From Candidatus Shapirobacteria bacterium (GTDB lineage Bacteria; Patescibacteriota; Microgenomatia; UBA12405), in assembly GCA_030698565.1 (NCBI GenBank), contig JAUYJS010000005.1:154497-218496 (forward strand): DNA of 64,000 nt, read 5' to 3'. The position numbers and the translations under genes are program-made. The notes under the pieces were generated by a model. The model saw only the letters and a program-made list of their open reading frames with translations, did not search any database and had not been told where the DNA came from. Each line of letters begins with the position of its first letter. Within the stretch, counting starts at the first letter, position 1. Positions 18,482 through 28,285 of the stretch are shown here, one piece after another.

Positions 18482-20290
18482 TTATTGTTGTGCGTAACTC
18501 CCCTGGCTGGGATTAAGCAATTTAACAAAATCACTAGCTTTCATAATTACCGAATTTGTTTTTGAACCAGCATTAAAGGCGATTTCTTTATTTTGCAACA
18601 AGTTCGTATCAACATAAACTGAAGTATTAAATAAATTACCAAAGGGTGGGACTCCCCCAATTTCAGTTCCGGTAATTTTCTTTACTTCTTCGGGATTAGC
18701 CATGCGCAAATCTTTGAAACCAAATTGTTTTTTGAATTCATTATTGTTTAGTTTATCGGAGGCAGATAGAACCGCCAGAATTGGGTTGTTGTCAGCAAAC
18801 ATCACTAAGGCTTTGGCTCCTTGATTAATATTGGTTCCACGAACTTTAGCGGCCTCTTCAGATGTGCTTGTGGCAATATGAGTTAGCTCCTTAAAATTAA
18901 CTTGTTTTTCTTTTAGGTAATTAATTAATTTTTCATGAAGATCAATATTATTATTAATATTTTTTCTACCAGTTAATGACAGACGACTATCTATACGCTC
19001 CATATCTCGAGGAAAAAGACTGGCTTGACGAACATTGTCGAGCTTTAAGATATTTTGAGTAATACGTTCTAAACCAATAGCAAAACCACCTTCTGGGGGC
19101 ATGCCATATTTAAAGGCTTGGCCGTAAGGTGTTTCAAAATCTTTTGGATCTTGACCACGTGATTTTATTTTGGCTTGTAATTCATTGTAATCATGAATTC
19201 TTTGGCCACCACTAATCCATTCAACCCCCCGACCGATTAAATCAAAAGTCAATGTTTCTTCTGGATTTTCTGGGTTAGAGTAAGAATACCAGGCGCGCTT
19301 TTTGGTGTAAAAATGGGTAATAAATACAAGATCACTGCCAAACTCTTCTAGAGACCAACGACAAATTTCTCTTTCGCCTTCAGGGTCCATGTCGAGTTCG
19401 TTTCGAACGTCACGGCCAGAACGCTTGTAAATTAATTCAAGAGCGTCTTTGAGTTTAATAATAGGAGTAGTCTCGACTGTTTTGGGAATAGTAACACCGT
19501 ACTCATCTAGAATATTTTGATGTTTTTCGGAAATAGCTTTAAACACGACCTTGACTACGCTGTCAGCCATTTTCATTAGCTCGGTCCAATTGTCTATAAA
19601 ACCCATTTCCATGTCTAAACTAACGTACTCCGTTAAATGTCGAGTTGTTACTGATGGTTCGGCTCTGTATGCATGAGCGACAGTAAATACACGTTCAAAA
19701 ATTGATGTTAAAACTTGCTTATATAGTTGAGGACTTTGGGCTAAGTAAGCCTTGTAGTCAAAATAATCGACAGAAAATACCTCGGAACCACCTTCGGTTG
19801 ACCCAGCAACTAAAGTTGGAACAAATATCTCAATAAAATCATTTTTGGTTAAATAATTTCTAAAAGCTTCTACAATTGTGGCTTGAATTTTAAAAACGTC
19901 TTGAACTTTTTGGTTGCGTAACGAAGCCGAACGATGATCCAATAAAACCGGGAGTGTTACATTTAAGTCTGGCTGATGAATATCAAAAGGTAAATCGTGA
20001 GATTCAGATAAAATTTTTAGATCTTCAACTTCAATTTCAATTTTTCCAGAAATAATTTTATCGTTAAAATACTTAGAGTCGCGATCACGAACCGTGCCAG
20101 TTATTTCCACAACAAATTCTTCCTTAAGAGAGCCAATATTTTTATCACCGACTACCTGGACAATTCCTGAGCGGTCGCGAATGTCAGCAAAAACTAATTT
20201 GCCGTAACTTCGGACGCTATTTACCCATCCTTTAATAGTAATTTCTTTGCCAACACATGCTGGCGTTTCTCTTATAAGTGTTCTTTGCAT
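18482..20290 (-). CDS. aspS: archaeal-type (probably non-discriminating) aspartate--tRNA ligase with C-terminal YbaK/ProX-family domain
   Basis: OB fold, YLAQSPQLYKQ, ISGGQRIH, GMPPEGGFAIGLER, FPRD; no GAD insert; extra domain with GAKAL, GGVPPFG, FNAG. Confidence 0.92.
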   Translation of the reverse strand: MQRTLIRETPACVGKEITIKGWVNSVRSYGKLVFADIRDRSGIVQVVGDKNIGSLKEEFVVEITGTVRDRDSKYFNDKIISGKIEIEVEDLKILSESHDLPFDIHQPDLNVTLPVLLDHRSASLRNQKVQDVFKIQATIVEAFRNYLTKNDFIEIFVPTLVAGSTEGGSEVFSVDYFDYKAYLAQSPQLYKQVLTSIFERVFTVAHAYRAEPSVTTRHLTEYVSLDMEMGFIDNWTELMKMADSVVKVVFKAISEKHQNILDEYGVTIPKTVETTPIIKLKDALELIYKRSGRDVRNELDMDPEGEREICRWSLEEFGSDLVFITHFYTKKRAWYSYSNPENPEETLTFDLIGRGVEWISGGQRIHDYNELQAKIKSRGQDPKDFETPYGQAFKYGMPPEGGFAIGLERITQNILKLDNVRQASLFPRDMERIDSRLSLTGRKNINNNIDLHEKLINYLKEKQVNFKELTHIATSTSEEAAKVRGTNINQGAKALVMFADNNPILAVLSASDKLNNNEFKKQFGFKDLRMANPEEVKKITGTEIGGVPPFGNLFNTSVYVDTNLLQNKEIAFNAGSKTNSVIMKASDFVKLLNPSQGSYAQQ

Positions 20291-20311
20291 ATGTTTATTT
20301 TATATATAAAT

Positions 20312-20510
20312 AACAAAAAAATCCCGACACGGTGCCAGGATACGAAAAATAAATCTATTTTTCGTGCTCCGTTTTCCTCCCAGCCATAGCCGGATTTGTG
20401 ACACACGTTGGCGCAATTACGGGCGCTTCCCGAAGGGTTCTAATCATCGACTGTCGTCAACTTTCTTCCCTTAGCATCGGCAGTGTTGACTGCGTCATCG
20501 CTTTTGAATT
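20312..20510 (-). ncRNA. structured RNA with T-box-like features ending in an intrinsic terminator
   Basis: GC-richer intergenic tract with several hairpins (GTCAAC/GTTGAC, cUUCGg, GCGC-ccgtaatt-GCGC, ACGAAAAATA/TATTTTTCGT) and ATCCTGGCA-ccg-TGTCGGGAT-T7. Confidence 0.6.
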
Positions 20511-20523
20511 ACTTTATTTTACT

Positions 20524-22182
20524 TCAGTTTGATAAATTGTCAAACAGAATTTCTTTGATTATCAACTGTGGGGTTTTGACACCATTCCAGACATTAATGT
20601 CTAATCTGGCGACAATATTGACTTGGGAGCCAATTTTTATTTGGGAATCAAGGTCTCCTTTTTTAAAGGCGATGGCCTCTGTTGGTTGAGTGCGACCATA
20701 AGAGTCGCCTAATTTTAATTTTAAATGATCACTATTGGCACCAATTAAACGTTTTTGAATTACAGACAAATTTTTAAAGATAAATATAGGCTCTTGGTTA
20801 TCGAAACCAAATGGTTCTAACTTTTTAATTACTTTATAGTTTTTGGTGTTTACGGCTGATAACTTCATTTCGGCGTCAACGTTTAAAATAGGTTGAAGCT
20901 TTAATGTTTTTAATTTTTCGTTAATTATCTGAGTAATGGTCTTTTTGAATTTACTGATTTTTTTGGTTTCAATGGAAAAACCGGCAGCTTCTGAATGACC
21001 GCCGACATCGACAAGTAAATTTGAACATTGCCGAAGAGCATCGATAATATTTAATTCTTTAATCGACCGACAAGATCCTTTGGATATTTCTGGAGTAACA
21101 CCAATAACAATCGACGGTAAATAATATTTTTCGGTTAAACGACCGGCGATTAAACCAATAATTCCTGGCTGAAAAGATTCGTCTTTTACAAAAATTAGCT
21201 TATCTTTATTGTCTAGAACTAGCTTTTGAGCAGTATCGATACCGTTTTGTTGGAGCAGTTGTCGATTTTGGTTGTGTTCATTAGAAATTTGAGCGTATTT
21301 CGAAGCTTGGATAGCATTGCTGCTGCACAATAACCTGAGGGCGTCAGTAGGATTTGACATACGACCAACAGCATTGATCCTAGGACCTAAAACAAACCCT
21401 AAATCAAAAGCAGACAAGAGGTCTTGTTTTAGACTATTTATTTCCATTAATTTTTTGAGACCGGGGTTGGGATTTAACCTGAGATTTAAAAGTCCATGGA
21501 CAACCAAGTTTCGATTAATGTCAACTAAAGGCATACAGTCAGTAACTGTGCCTAGCGCAGCTAAACCGATATCGGCATTGTCATCAAATTTCGAAGCTAG
21601 AAGCCAGGAAATAGCCGAGCCGGATATTTTAGTGGAGTGGACAATGGCAATTGCATTTGGAGGTTCTGTCAAAGGTAAGTGGTGGTCGGTAATAATCACA
21701 TCTATATTTTTTCTATTTAATTTGTCAATTTCTGAGTGGGCAACAATGCCGTTATCAACCGTAATAATTAAATTAAAATCCGTTTTCTTTTCGCTTTGAA
21801 AATTATAGACAGATTTAGCTTTGATGCCATATCCATCTTTTTCCCTGTCTGGAACAAAAGGCAATACTTTTGCACCAATTTTGGTGAGTGATTGCCAAAG
21901 AATCGCCGTGGCAGTAATACCATCAGCATCATAATCACCATAAATTAGGATATTTTCATTCTTGAGAACCGCATCTTTGATTCTTTTTACTGCTTTATCT
22001 AGATTGGATGTTGAGACAGAAAAATCCTGATTTTTCAACTCTTTTGGATGAACTGGATTTAAAAAAATATCCACATCTTTGTTTTTTATTTGCCGATTAT
22101 TCAAAAGTAATTCTAAGAATTCTATTGGGTTTGTTTGATTATCAACAATAGTAGCTGATTTAATTTTTATTTTGGGAACCAT
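20524..22182 (-). CDS. recJ: single-stranded-DNA exonuclease RecJ
   Basis: YGDYDADG, TVDNG, TDHH, GPRINAVGR, GGH..AAG, EPFG..N. Confidence 0.96.
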   Translation of the reverse strand: MVPKIKIKSATIVDNQTNPIEFLELLLNNRQIKNKDVDIFLNPVHPKELKNQDFSVSTSNLDKAVKRIKDAVLKNENILIYGDYDADGITATAILWQSLTKIGAKVLPFVPDREKDGYGIKAKSVYNFQSEKKTDFNLIITVDNGIVAHSEIDKLNRKNIDVIITDHHLPLTEPPNAIAIVHSTKISGSAISWLLASKFDDNADIGLAALGTVTDCMPLVDINRNLVVHGLLNLRLNPNPGLKKLMEINSLKQDLLSAFDLGFVLGPRINAVGRMSNPTDALRLLCSSNAIQASKYAQISNEHNQNRQLLQQNGIDTAQKLVLDNKDKLIFVKDESFQPGIIGLIAGRLTEKYYLPSIVIGVTPEISKGSCRSIKELNIIDALRQCSNLLVDVGGHSEAAGFSIETKKISKFKKTITQIINEKLKTLKLQPILNVDAEMKLSAVNTKNYKVIKKLEPFGFDNQEPIFIFKNLSVIQKRLIGANSDHLKLKLGDSYGRTQPTEAIAFKKGDLDSQIKIGSQVNIVARLDINVWNGVKTPQLIIKEILFDNLSN

Positions 22183-22326
22183 AACTTGTTATATTTTACA
22201 TAAAATTGGTTTTTTAGGTGCGATTTTGTTATAATTGCCAGTGGTTGGGGTAAGTAACGCCAACTAGCCCGGCTAGGATAATATCCTATTAATTTAGTTA
22301 GGTAAAAGGAGTCTTAAAAGACAAAT

Positions 22327-22596
22327 ATGGCAAAAAAATTATTCATAGGTAATCTGGATTTCACGGTGACAGATGAGCAGTTAACGAGTTTATTTTCCGT
22401 TTACGGCCAAGTCGTATCGGTAAATATTGTTCAAGATAAATTCACTCACAGAAGCAAAGGATTTGCTTTTGTAGAATTTGCCAATGAAGAGGATGCCGTC
22501 AAAGCTATGTCCGAATTAGACGGAACTGAACAATCGGGAAGGAACATTAATGTCAAAGAGGCATTGCCTCGTCCTGAAAGACCTGATCAAGGGTAA
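22327..22596 (+). CDS. RRM (RNP-1) RNA-binding protein
   Basis: KLFIGNL (RNP2), SKGFAFVEF (RNP1), GRNINV.EA.PR. Confidence 0.95.
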   Translation: MAKKLFIGNLDFTVTDEQLTSLFSVYGQVVSVNIVQDKFTHRSKGFAFVEFANEEDAVKAMSELDGTEQSGRNINVKEALPRPERPDQG

Positions 22597-22616
22597 TTAA
22601 TACTTGAATTTGGTAC

Positions 22617-22644
22617 AAACCTCCCGGTAATCCGGGAGGTTTTT
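22617..22644 (+). terminator. intrinsic terminator
   Basis: AAACCTCCCGG-taat-CCGGGAGGTTTTT. Confidence 0.85.
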
Positions 22645-22660
22645 GGTTTACAATACTTTT

Positions 22661-24004
22661 ATGAACAAAAATATTTCGATCCCCAAAGAGGTGATCAATA
22701 TAATTAATAAATTCCAAAAGAATGGAACGGAGATTTATATCGTCGGAGGAGCTAGTCGAGATCTTATCATGGACAGAAAAGTAAATGATTGGGATTTTAC
22801 CACCAATATAACTCCTGAAGAAGTTAAAAAAATATTTCCAAATACTTTTTATAATAATAATTTTGGCACGACTAGTATCGTAAATAAGGATAAAGAGATT
22901 TTTGAAGTAACTACTTTTAGAACTGAAAGGGGTTATTCTGATAGCCGGCACCCAGATGAAATTAAATGGGGTAAAACTTTGGAAGAAGATTTACAAAGAA
23001 GAGATTTTACTATTAATGCCATTGCTATAAAAATAAATTCAAATAATCAAGATGTTGAAATAATTGATTTGTTTGGTGGCCAAAAGGATATAGAACAAAA
23101 AAAAATTAGAACTGTCGGTAATCCAGATGAGAGGTTTTCGGAAGATGCTTTAAGACTGATGCGGGCAGTTAGAATCGCGACTCAAATTGGATTTAATTTA
23201 GAAAAAGAGACACTGGAATCAATTAAAAGAAACTCTTCTTTAATTAATAAAGTGGCTGGTGAAAGAATTAGAGATGAATTGTTTAAGATTCTTTTGGCAG
23301 AAAAACCTAGTCGAGGTATTGAGTTATTGCGAGATTCGGAACTTTTGAAAGAAATAATACCAGAACTTTTGTTGGGGATAGATTTTGCCCAAAAGGGCCA
23401 CCATATAGATGATGTTTGGACACATAATCTGAAAACATTAGATAATTGTTTAAGTTCAAATCCAATTACCCGGTTGGCTTGTTTACTGCACGATGTGGCT
23501 AAACCCATTGTGGCAATGGGAAGCGGTGAAGCCAGAACATTTCATAATCATGAAATTGTTGGGTCAAGAATTGCTACAAGGTTTGGCAAAAGATTGAGAT
23601 TATCTAACAAAGAACTGGATTTACTTTTTATATTAGTTCGCCGACATATGTTTACCTCAGAAGAAGGTCAAACAGACAAGGCAGTTAGAAGATTTATAAA
23701 AAATGTTACGCCTGAATACATAGATGAAATGCTTAGTTTAAGACGAGCAGACAGGGTTGGCAGTGGAGCCAGGGAAACTAGCTGGAGATTGGAACTATTT
23801 AAAAATAGAGTCGTTGAAGTGCAAAAGCAACCATTTTCGATCAAAGATTTGAAAGTTGATGGTAAAGATGTCATGGAAATACTGGATATTAAACCTAGTC
23901 GAAAAGTAGGCGAAGTTTTAGAAAATATTTTCAAAGAAGTTGAAGATAATCCAGAACTAAATCAGAGAGAAATTCTGCTAGAAAAAATAAAAGGATTTAA
24001 GTAA
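22661..24004 (+). CDS. cca: CCA-adding tRNA nucleotidyltransferase with HD domain
   Basis: VGGASRD, DWDFTT, RRDFTINA, EDALRLMRA.R, LLHDVAK. Confidence 0.93.
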   Translation: MNKNISIPKEVINIINKFQKNGTEIYIVGGASRDLIMDRKVNDWDFTTNITPEEVKKIFPNTFYNNNFGTTSIVNKDKEIFEVTTFRTERGYSDSRHPDEIKWGKTLEEDLQRRDFTINAIAIKINSNNQDVEIIDLFGGQKDIEQKKIRTVGNPDERFSEDALRLMRAVRIATQIGFNLEKETLESIKRNSSLINKVAGERIRDELFKILLAEKPSRGIELLRDSELLKEIIPELLLGIDFAQKGHHIDDVWTHNLKTLDNCLSSNPITRLACLLHDVAKPIVAMGSGEARTFHNHEIVGSRIATRFGKRLRLSNKELDLLFILVRRHMFTSEEGQTDKAVRRFIKNVTPEYIDEMLSLRRADRVGSGARETSWRLELFKNRVVEVQKQPFSIKDLKVDGKDVMEILDIKPSRKVGEVLENIFKEVEDNPELNQREILLEKIKGFK

Positions 24005-24010
24005 ATTTAT

Positions 24011-24880
24011 TTACTGAGTTTTTGAAGTTTGTTTTTTAAAAAACAGGACTAAGGGAATAGCAACACCAGTAGAAGAATATGTACCACAAACGACACCGAT
24101 CAAAAGGGCGGCGGCAAACCACCGAGTAGCTTCACCACCCAATAGAACTAAGGCGAACAACATGAAAATAACGGTCATAGAATTATTAACAGAACGGTTT
24201 ATGGTTTCAGTGACTGCTGTGTTGGCCATATCCACCCAATTAAATTTACTATTTTGGCGTTTGAGTTCACGAATACGATCAAAAATAACCACTGTGTCGT
24301 GGACCGAAGCTGAAAGTGTAGTCAATAGGGCAGTAACAAAAAGTGAATCCAACTCAGCTCCAAAAAAATGACCTAGCAAGGAAAAACTACCAATTAAAAT
24401 AAAGGTATCATGAAACATAGCGATAACTGCCGATGCACCAAAGGTAAAATCATTAAAACGACTACCAATAAATATAGCTAAAACAAGTGATGACAAAACA
24501 ATTGCATATATTGTTTTTTTGAGTAATTCTTTGCCGAGACTTGGACCTAGAGTCTCAAATTTAAGTTCCTTGAAATCAATATCAATGGCCTTAAACGAAG
24601 TATCCAACTTGTTTTTCTGGTCAGTATTTATATTCTCGAATTTCAAACTAAATACTTGACTATCACCTTTGGTAATAGAAGCAAGTGAAACATTGGCGTC
24701 CTTGAATATGTTTTCTATTTTGGAATTTTCAGAAACATCAGGAAGGATAATTTGCCAAGCAGATCCGCCAGAAAAGTCGATTGATTTTTTAAAATTCCAT
24801 CTGAAGATAGAGTAAACAGAAACTAAGATTAAAGTTAGAGATATTATAAAAAATAGTGGACGAAATTTCATTATATTCAT
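24011..24880 (-). CDS. secF: protein translocase subunit SecF
   Basis: IDFSGG, GPSLG.EL, HDT, DTVVIFDRIRE, GTYSS. Confidence 0.95.
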   Translation of the reverse strand: MNIMKFRPLFFIISLTLILVSVYSIFRWNFKKSIDFSGGSAWQIILPDVSENSKIENIFKDANVSLASITKGDSQVFSLKFENINTDQKNKLDTSFKAIDIDFKELKFETLGPSLGKELLKKTIYAIVLSSLVLAIFIGSRFNDFTFGASAVIAMFHDTFILIGSFSLLGHFFGAELDSLFVTALLTTLSASVHDTVVIFDRIRELKRQNSKFNWVDMANTAVTETINRSVNNSMTVIFMLFALVLLGGEATRWFAAALLIGVVCGTYSSTGVAIPLVLFFKKQTSKTQ

Positions 24881-24882
24881 AT

Positions 24883-26244
24883 TTATTTGTCGTGATGGGC
24901 TAAAACCCGTAGTAAATTTCTAGTAACAAAGACTCCAGTAAAAATACTTAATAAAATACCTAAAATTAGGGTAATAGCAAAACCACGAACCATACCTGAT
25001 GTATTTAAAAATGACCAATTTAGGGGATTAAAAAGAATTAAGCCCGTGATAATTGTACAAGCATTAGCATCTTTGATTGAATCCCAAGCCCGACCAAAAC
25101 CTAACTCCATGGCTGTATTCCAGCTCTTCCCTTTTCTAATTTCTTCACGCATACGCTCAAAAATTAGGATATTACTATCAACGGCCATACCAACTGATAA
25201 AATAAAACCGACTATTCCGGGAAATGTGAGAGTGACAGGAATTAAACGATAAAGACTGAGTGCAAGTAAACCATAGATAATTAAACCGATATTGGCAATG
25301 AAACCTAAATAACCATAATTACCTATCATAAAAAGCGAGACTATAATTAGGCCGACTGAGCCGGCAAAAATACCCTGATTGATTGAGTCTTTTCCTAGAG
25401 TCGCTCCGATCCGAGTTTGTTGAATTAATTTAATAGGTAATGGAAGTGCACCAGCATTTAATTGAGCTGTAAGTGTTTTGGCAGTTTTATAATCAAATTC
25501 CCCACTAATTACGGCATTTCCATCGGTAATTGCACTGTTAACTGTGGGAGCACTAATTATAGAATCGTCTAAAAATATGGCGATTCTTTTGTCGAGATAT
25601 TCTTTGGTGGCTTTTTCAAATAATTTAGCTCCTTCAGGATTGAATTCGATTGCGACTTCTGGCTTGCCTGTTTGAGGATTCGTTGTAACCGCAGCTTTGG
25701 TTAAATGTGATCCGTTAATACCGATGTCTTTTGAAAAAAGATCGTAAATAGTAGCAGAAGCTGTTGCTTCTGGAGCGATTGTAGCTTCACCCATAAATCT
25801 AAGCTGAGCGGTTTTACCAATAAATGAAATTGCTTGATCAAAATCTTCAATACCTGGTAATTCTATGGTCAGTCGGTGTCTGTCGACTTCGTTGGAAATC
25901 TGAACATTGGCTTCACTTAAACCAAAAAGGTTGACTCTTCTTTCGATATTGCCTTTTAGAGATTCGATTGCCTGAGGAATGTCTTCTTTTTTTACACTTG
26001 AAGTATCGACATCAAAATTTAAAGAGGCTCCACCGGCTAAATCTAGGCCGTATTTTAAATCTATATTTTTGCTAAAATTGCCTATTTTAAGCTCTGGTCG
26101 ATAAAACGTGTGTTCCCAATTAACCTTACCTAGGTGTATGTTTACAGGTAAAGATGAGGGCATGTTTAAAATTAGAGCAACAAAGGTTATTCCTAAGATA
26201 ATCCAAAATGTTCGAAGAATGCGTTCAGGGATTTTTGAAGCCAT
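24883..26244 (-). CDS. secD: protein translocase subunit SecD
   Basis: GLDLAGG, RRVNLFGLSE, GALP, GMAVDSNILIFER.REE. Confidence 0.96.
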   Translation of the reverse strand: MASKIPERILRTFWIILGITFVALILNMPSSLPVNIHLGKVNWEHTFYRPELKIGNFSKNIDLKYGLDLAGGASLNFDVDTSSVKKEDIPQAIESLKGNIERRVNLFGLSEANVQISNEVDRHRLTIELPGIEDFDQAISFIGKTAQLRFMGEATIAPEATASATIYDLFSKDIGINGSHLTKAAVTTNPQTGKPEVAIEFNPEGAKLFEKATKEYLDKRIAIFLDDSIISAPTVNSAITDGNAVISGEFDYKTAKTLTAQLNAGALPLPIKLIQQTRIGATLGKDSINQGIFAGSVGLIIVSLFMIGNYGYLGFIANIGLIIYGLLALSLYRLIPVTLTFPGIVGFILSVGMAVDSNILIFERMREEIRKGKSWNTAMELGFGRAWDSIKDANACTIITGLILFNPLNWSFLNTSGMVRGFAITLILGILLSIFTGVFVTRNLLRVLAHHDK

Positions 26245-26246
26245 AT

Positions 26247-26435
26247 TTAATGTTTGTTAATTAAAGATAATTGACGAGGGTGTCCGGTAAAAACATAGGT
26301 AATCGAGGCTTTGGAACTGTTAATTTTAATTTGGGCTAAATCCCCTTCTTTTATACCAAAGTCTTTAATATTTTTAGAAGGGATTGTGATCGCCAAGCTA
26401 TTACCAGTCTTAATTACTTTTCTTGTTTTTGCCAT
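26247..26435 (-). CDS. AbrB/MazE/SpoVT DNA-binding domain protein
   Basis: RKVIKTGNSLAITIPS......GIKEGD. Confidence 0.85.
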   Translation of the reverse strand: MAKTRKVIKTGNSLAITIPSKNIKDFGIKEGDLAQIKINSSKASITYVFTGHPRQLSLINKH

Positions 26436-27026
26436 TTATATATTTATAATTTCTCGCGGATTTCCAATTATAACAAGTGGTGAACTTAGAAAAAAATCAA
26501 CAATGAATTGATCTCTTTTTTGCTTCCGTAATTGAAACTCGCCTTTATCCATAATCATGTAGTTTATTTCGCGACCTCTCTTTTCTTCCTCTAATTTGAT
26601 GGCACTTTCCACTTCTTTAAGCAATACGTTGCCTACAATTACTAAATCAATGGCACCTTCCTTGTTTTCACCAGATACCAACTTGTAATTATAGAAAAGT
26701 AGTTTTATTTTACCCGATAATTCGGTTTTATTCTGTAGGACTAAACCTAAACCGGCGTTTTTATTGGCGAGTGTTAATAAGTCTAAAAATAATGAAGATT
26801 CGCGATTAGCCCAATAATACAGACGATTCCCACGCCACTCTGATTTAACAATGTCAGCCTTCTTGAGATTGTCCAATTCCCGACGGACAGAATTAATTTC
26901 TTCTTCAGTGATTCTAACAAGCTGTCTGACATAGTAGATCTCTTGAGGAAAGTAAAAAAGTGTATTGATTAATTTAACCCTAGTTTGAGAAATAAACAAA
27001 TGCTTAAGACTGTTTTGTATCTTCAT
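26436..27026 (-). CDS. winged-HTH protein with degenerate minimal nucleotidyltransferase-like domain
   Basis: LF.SQTRVKL, YVRQL.R......NSVRREL.NL; C-term IDLVIVG, GREINY. Confidence 0.75.
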   Translation of the reverse strand: MKIQNSLKHLFISQTRVKLINTLFYFPQEIYYVRQLVRITEEEINSVRRELDNLKKADIVKSEWRGNRLYYWANRESSLFLDLLTLANKNAGLGLVLQNKTELSGKIKLLFYNYKLVSGENKEGAIDLVIVGNVLLKEVESAIKLEEEKRGREINYMIMDKGEFQLRKQKRDQFIVDFFLSSPLVIIGNPREIINI

Positions 27027-28278
27027 ATCTGACCACTGAACTTGTAGGTAAAATTTCTATCCAAATTTGACCGGGAACAAATTTAACTTCTTTGCCAGCA
27101 CTGTCTTTGAAAACAGTTCGGCTTGTTCGGTTCTTTTTGGTCCAGGTAATATCTGTTTTATTGCCATTTTCAAATAAATAGCCGGTACCGTTACCTATAA
27201 CACCATAAAGAAGGTGACCGTGTTCATCGATGGAACGAGTTTCTTTGACATATTCGACAACTACATTTTTTGTGGAAATTTGTTTTTGAGTGTTGAAGTC
27301 GATATGTGGTTGCCCACCATTTGAACGAAGATATGAGTTGGAGTTTTTGTCATAATTCCAAGTTACGGAATATTCTTTGTACCCTGTCCAAAAATCAAAC
27401 GAGAAAGTAGGTGTGCTTGGATTTGCAGAGACGGAATCCGCCTGACTAAAGTTCCATGATTGATAATTTTTGTCCCATGATTGGTTATTAATTTGAGTTA
27501 GATTAGTCAATCCTCTATTGGCAGCTGTATTCCAAAGTTCCTTAGTGGAACAATACATGGTATGTTCTGTGGCCCGAGTGTCGCCCAAACGATCTGGTTC
27601 TCGTCGACAAACTTTGTAGGATAAGGAAAATTGGCTTAGATCACCCCAAGTTCCTTTATTGTTCCAACCATAATTAGAAATTTGTTCAATTGCTTGGGCT
27701 TTTTTGTTGGTAGTACAAGGACCAGATTGTTTGCCAGTTACGGGGTCTTTGGGAGCACTACAATTGGCACCACCAACATGAGCATAAAGAGGATAATCAC
27801 TGTATTCAGAAGCCAAATCTAGAAAATAAGTTCGGGCAGATCTGACCGGACCGATATCGTAAGTATTGGTTGAACCATCAACAATACCACAATAAAATAC
27901 TCCCATAAATCGGGTAATTCCGCCTTCGGCGATAGCTTCATAAACAATATCGGCATTTTGTAATCCTGATTGAGGACGGGCTTCAGCGTGGTTTTCGATC
28001 ATAACAGCAAGTGGCCTTCGGGCTGACCAAATTTTTTCTTCATCAGTTGTATATTTAAGTCCGTTTAAAGGACAACTTTGAGTTTTTGGACCACTAAAAT
28101 TAATTACACCTGTTTGTTTGTTATCCTTTTTTTCTGCAACATTATTATTATCTGAAGGAGAATTAGTAGAGAGATTGAAAGAATTCGCTGGAGTTAACTT
28201 GTCGAAGGTTAGGTAGGATATGCCACCAATGACTAAAAACAGACCCAAAAAGCTTAAATTTTTAAATTTATTTGCCAT
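27004..28278 (-). CDS. DUF3048 family protein
   Basis: RPLAVMIENH..ARPQSGL..ADIVYE..AEGGITRF, GPVRSAR; start set at MANKF. Confidence 0.88.
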   Translation of the reverse strand: MANKFKNLSFLGLFLVIGGISYLTFDKLTPANSFNLSTNSPSDNNNVAEKKDNKQTGVINFSGPKTQSCPLNGLKYTTDEEKIWSARRPLAVMIENHAEARPQSGLQNADIVYEAIAEGGITRFMGVFYCGIVDGSTNTYDIGPVRSARTYFLDLASEYSDYPLYAHVGGANCSAPKDPVTGKQSGPCTTNKKAQAIEQISNYGWNNKGTWGDLSQFSLSYKVCRREPDRLGDTRATEHTMYCSTKELWNTAANRGLTNLTQINNQSWDKNYQSWNFSQADSVSANPSTPTFSFDFWTGYKEYSVTWNYDKNSNSYLRSNGGQPHIDFNTQKQISTKNVVVEYVKETRSIDEHGHLLYGVIGNGTGYLFENGNKTDITWTKKNRTSRTVFKDSAGKEVKFVPGQIWIEILPTSSVVRYEDTKQS

Positions 28279-28285
28279 TATTTTT

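Noticed and set aside
20312-20510. Assignment as 6S, SRP, tmRNA or glmS ribozyme
   Set aside because: No end-to-end long hairpin, no SRP domain IV motif, no tRNA-like ends; AGCGCC and GTTGACG occur in the wrong order for glmS
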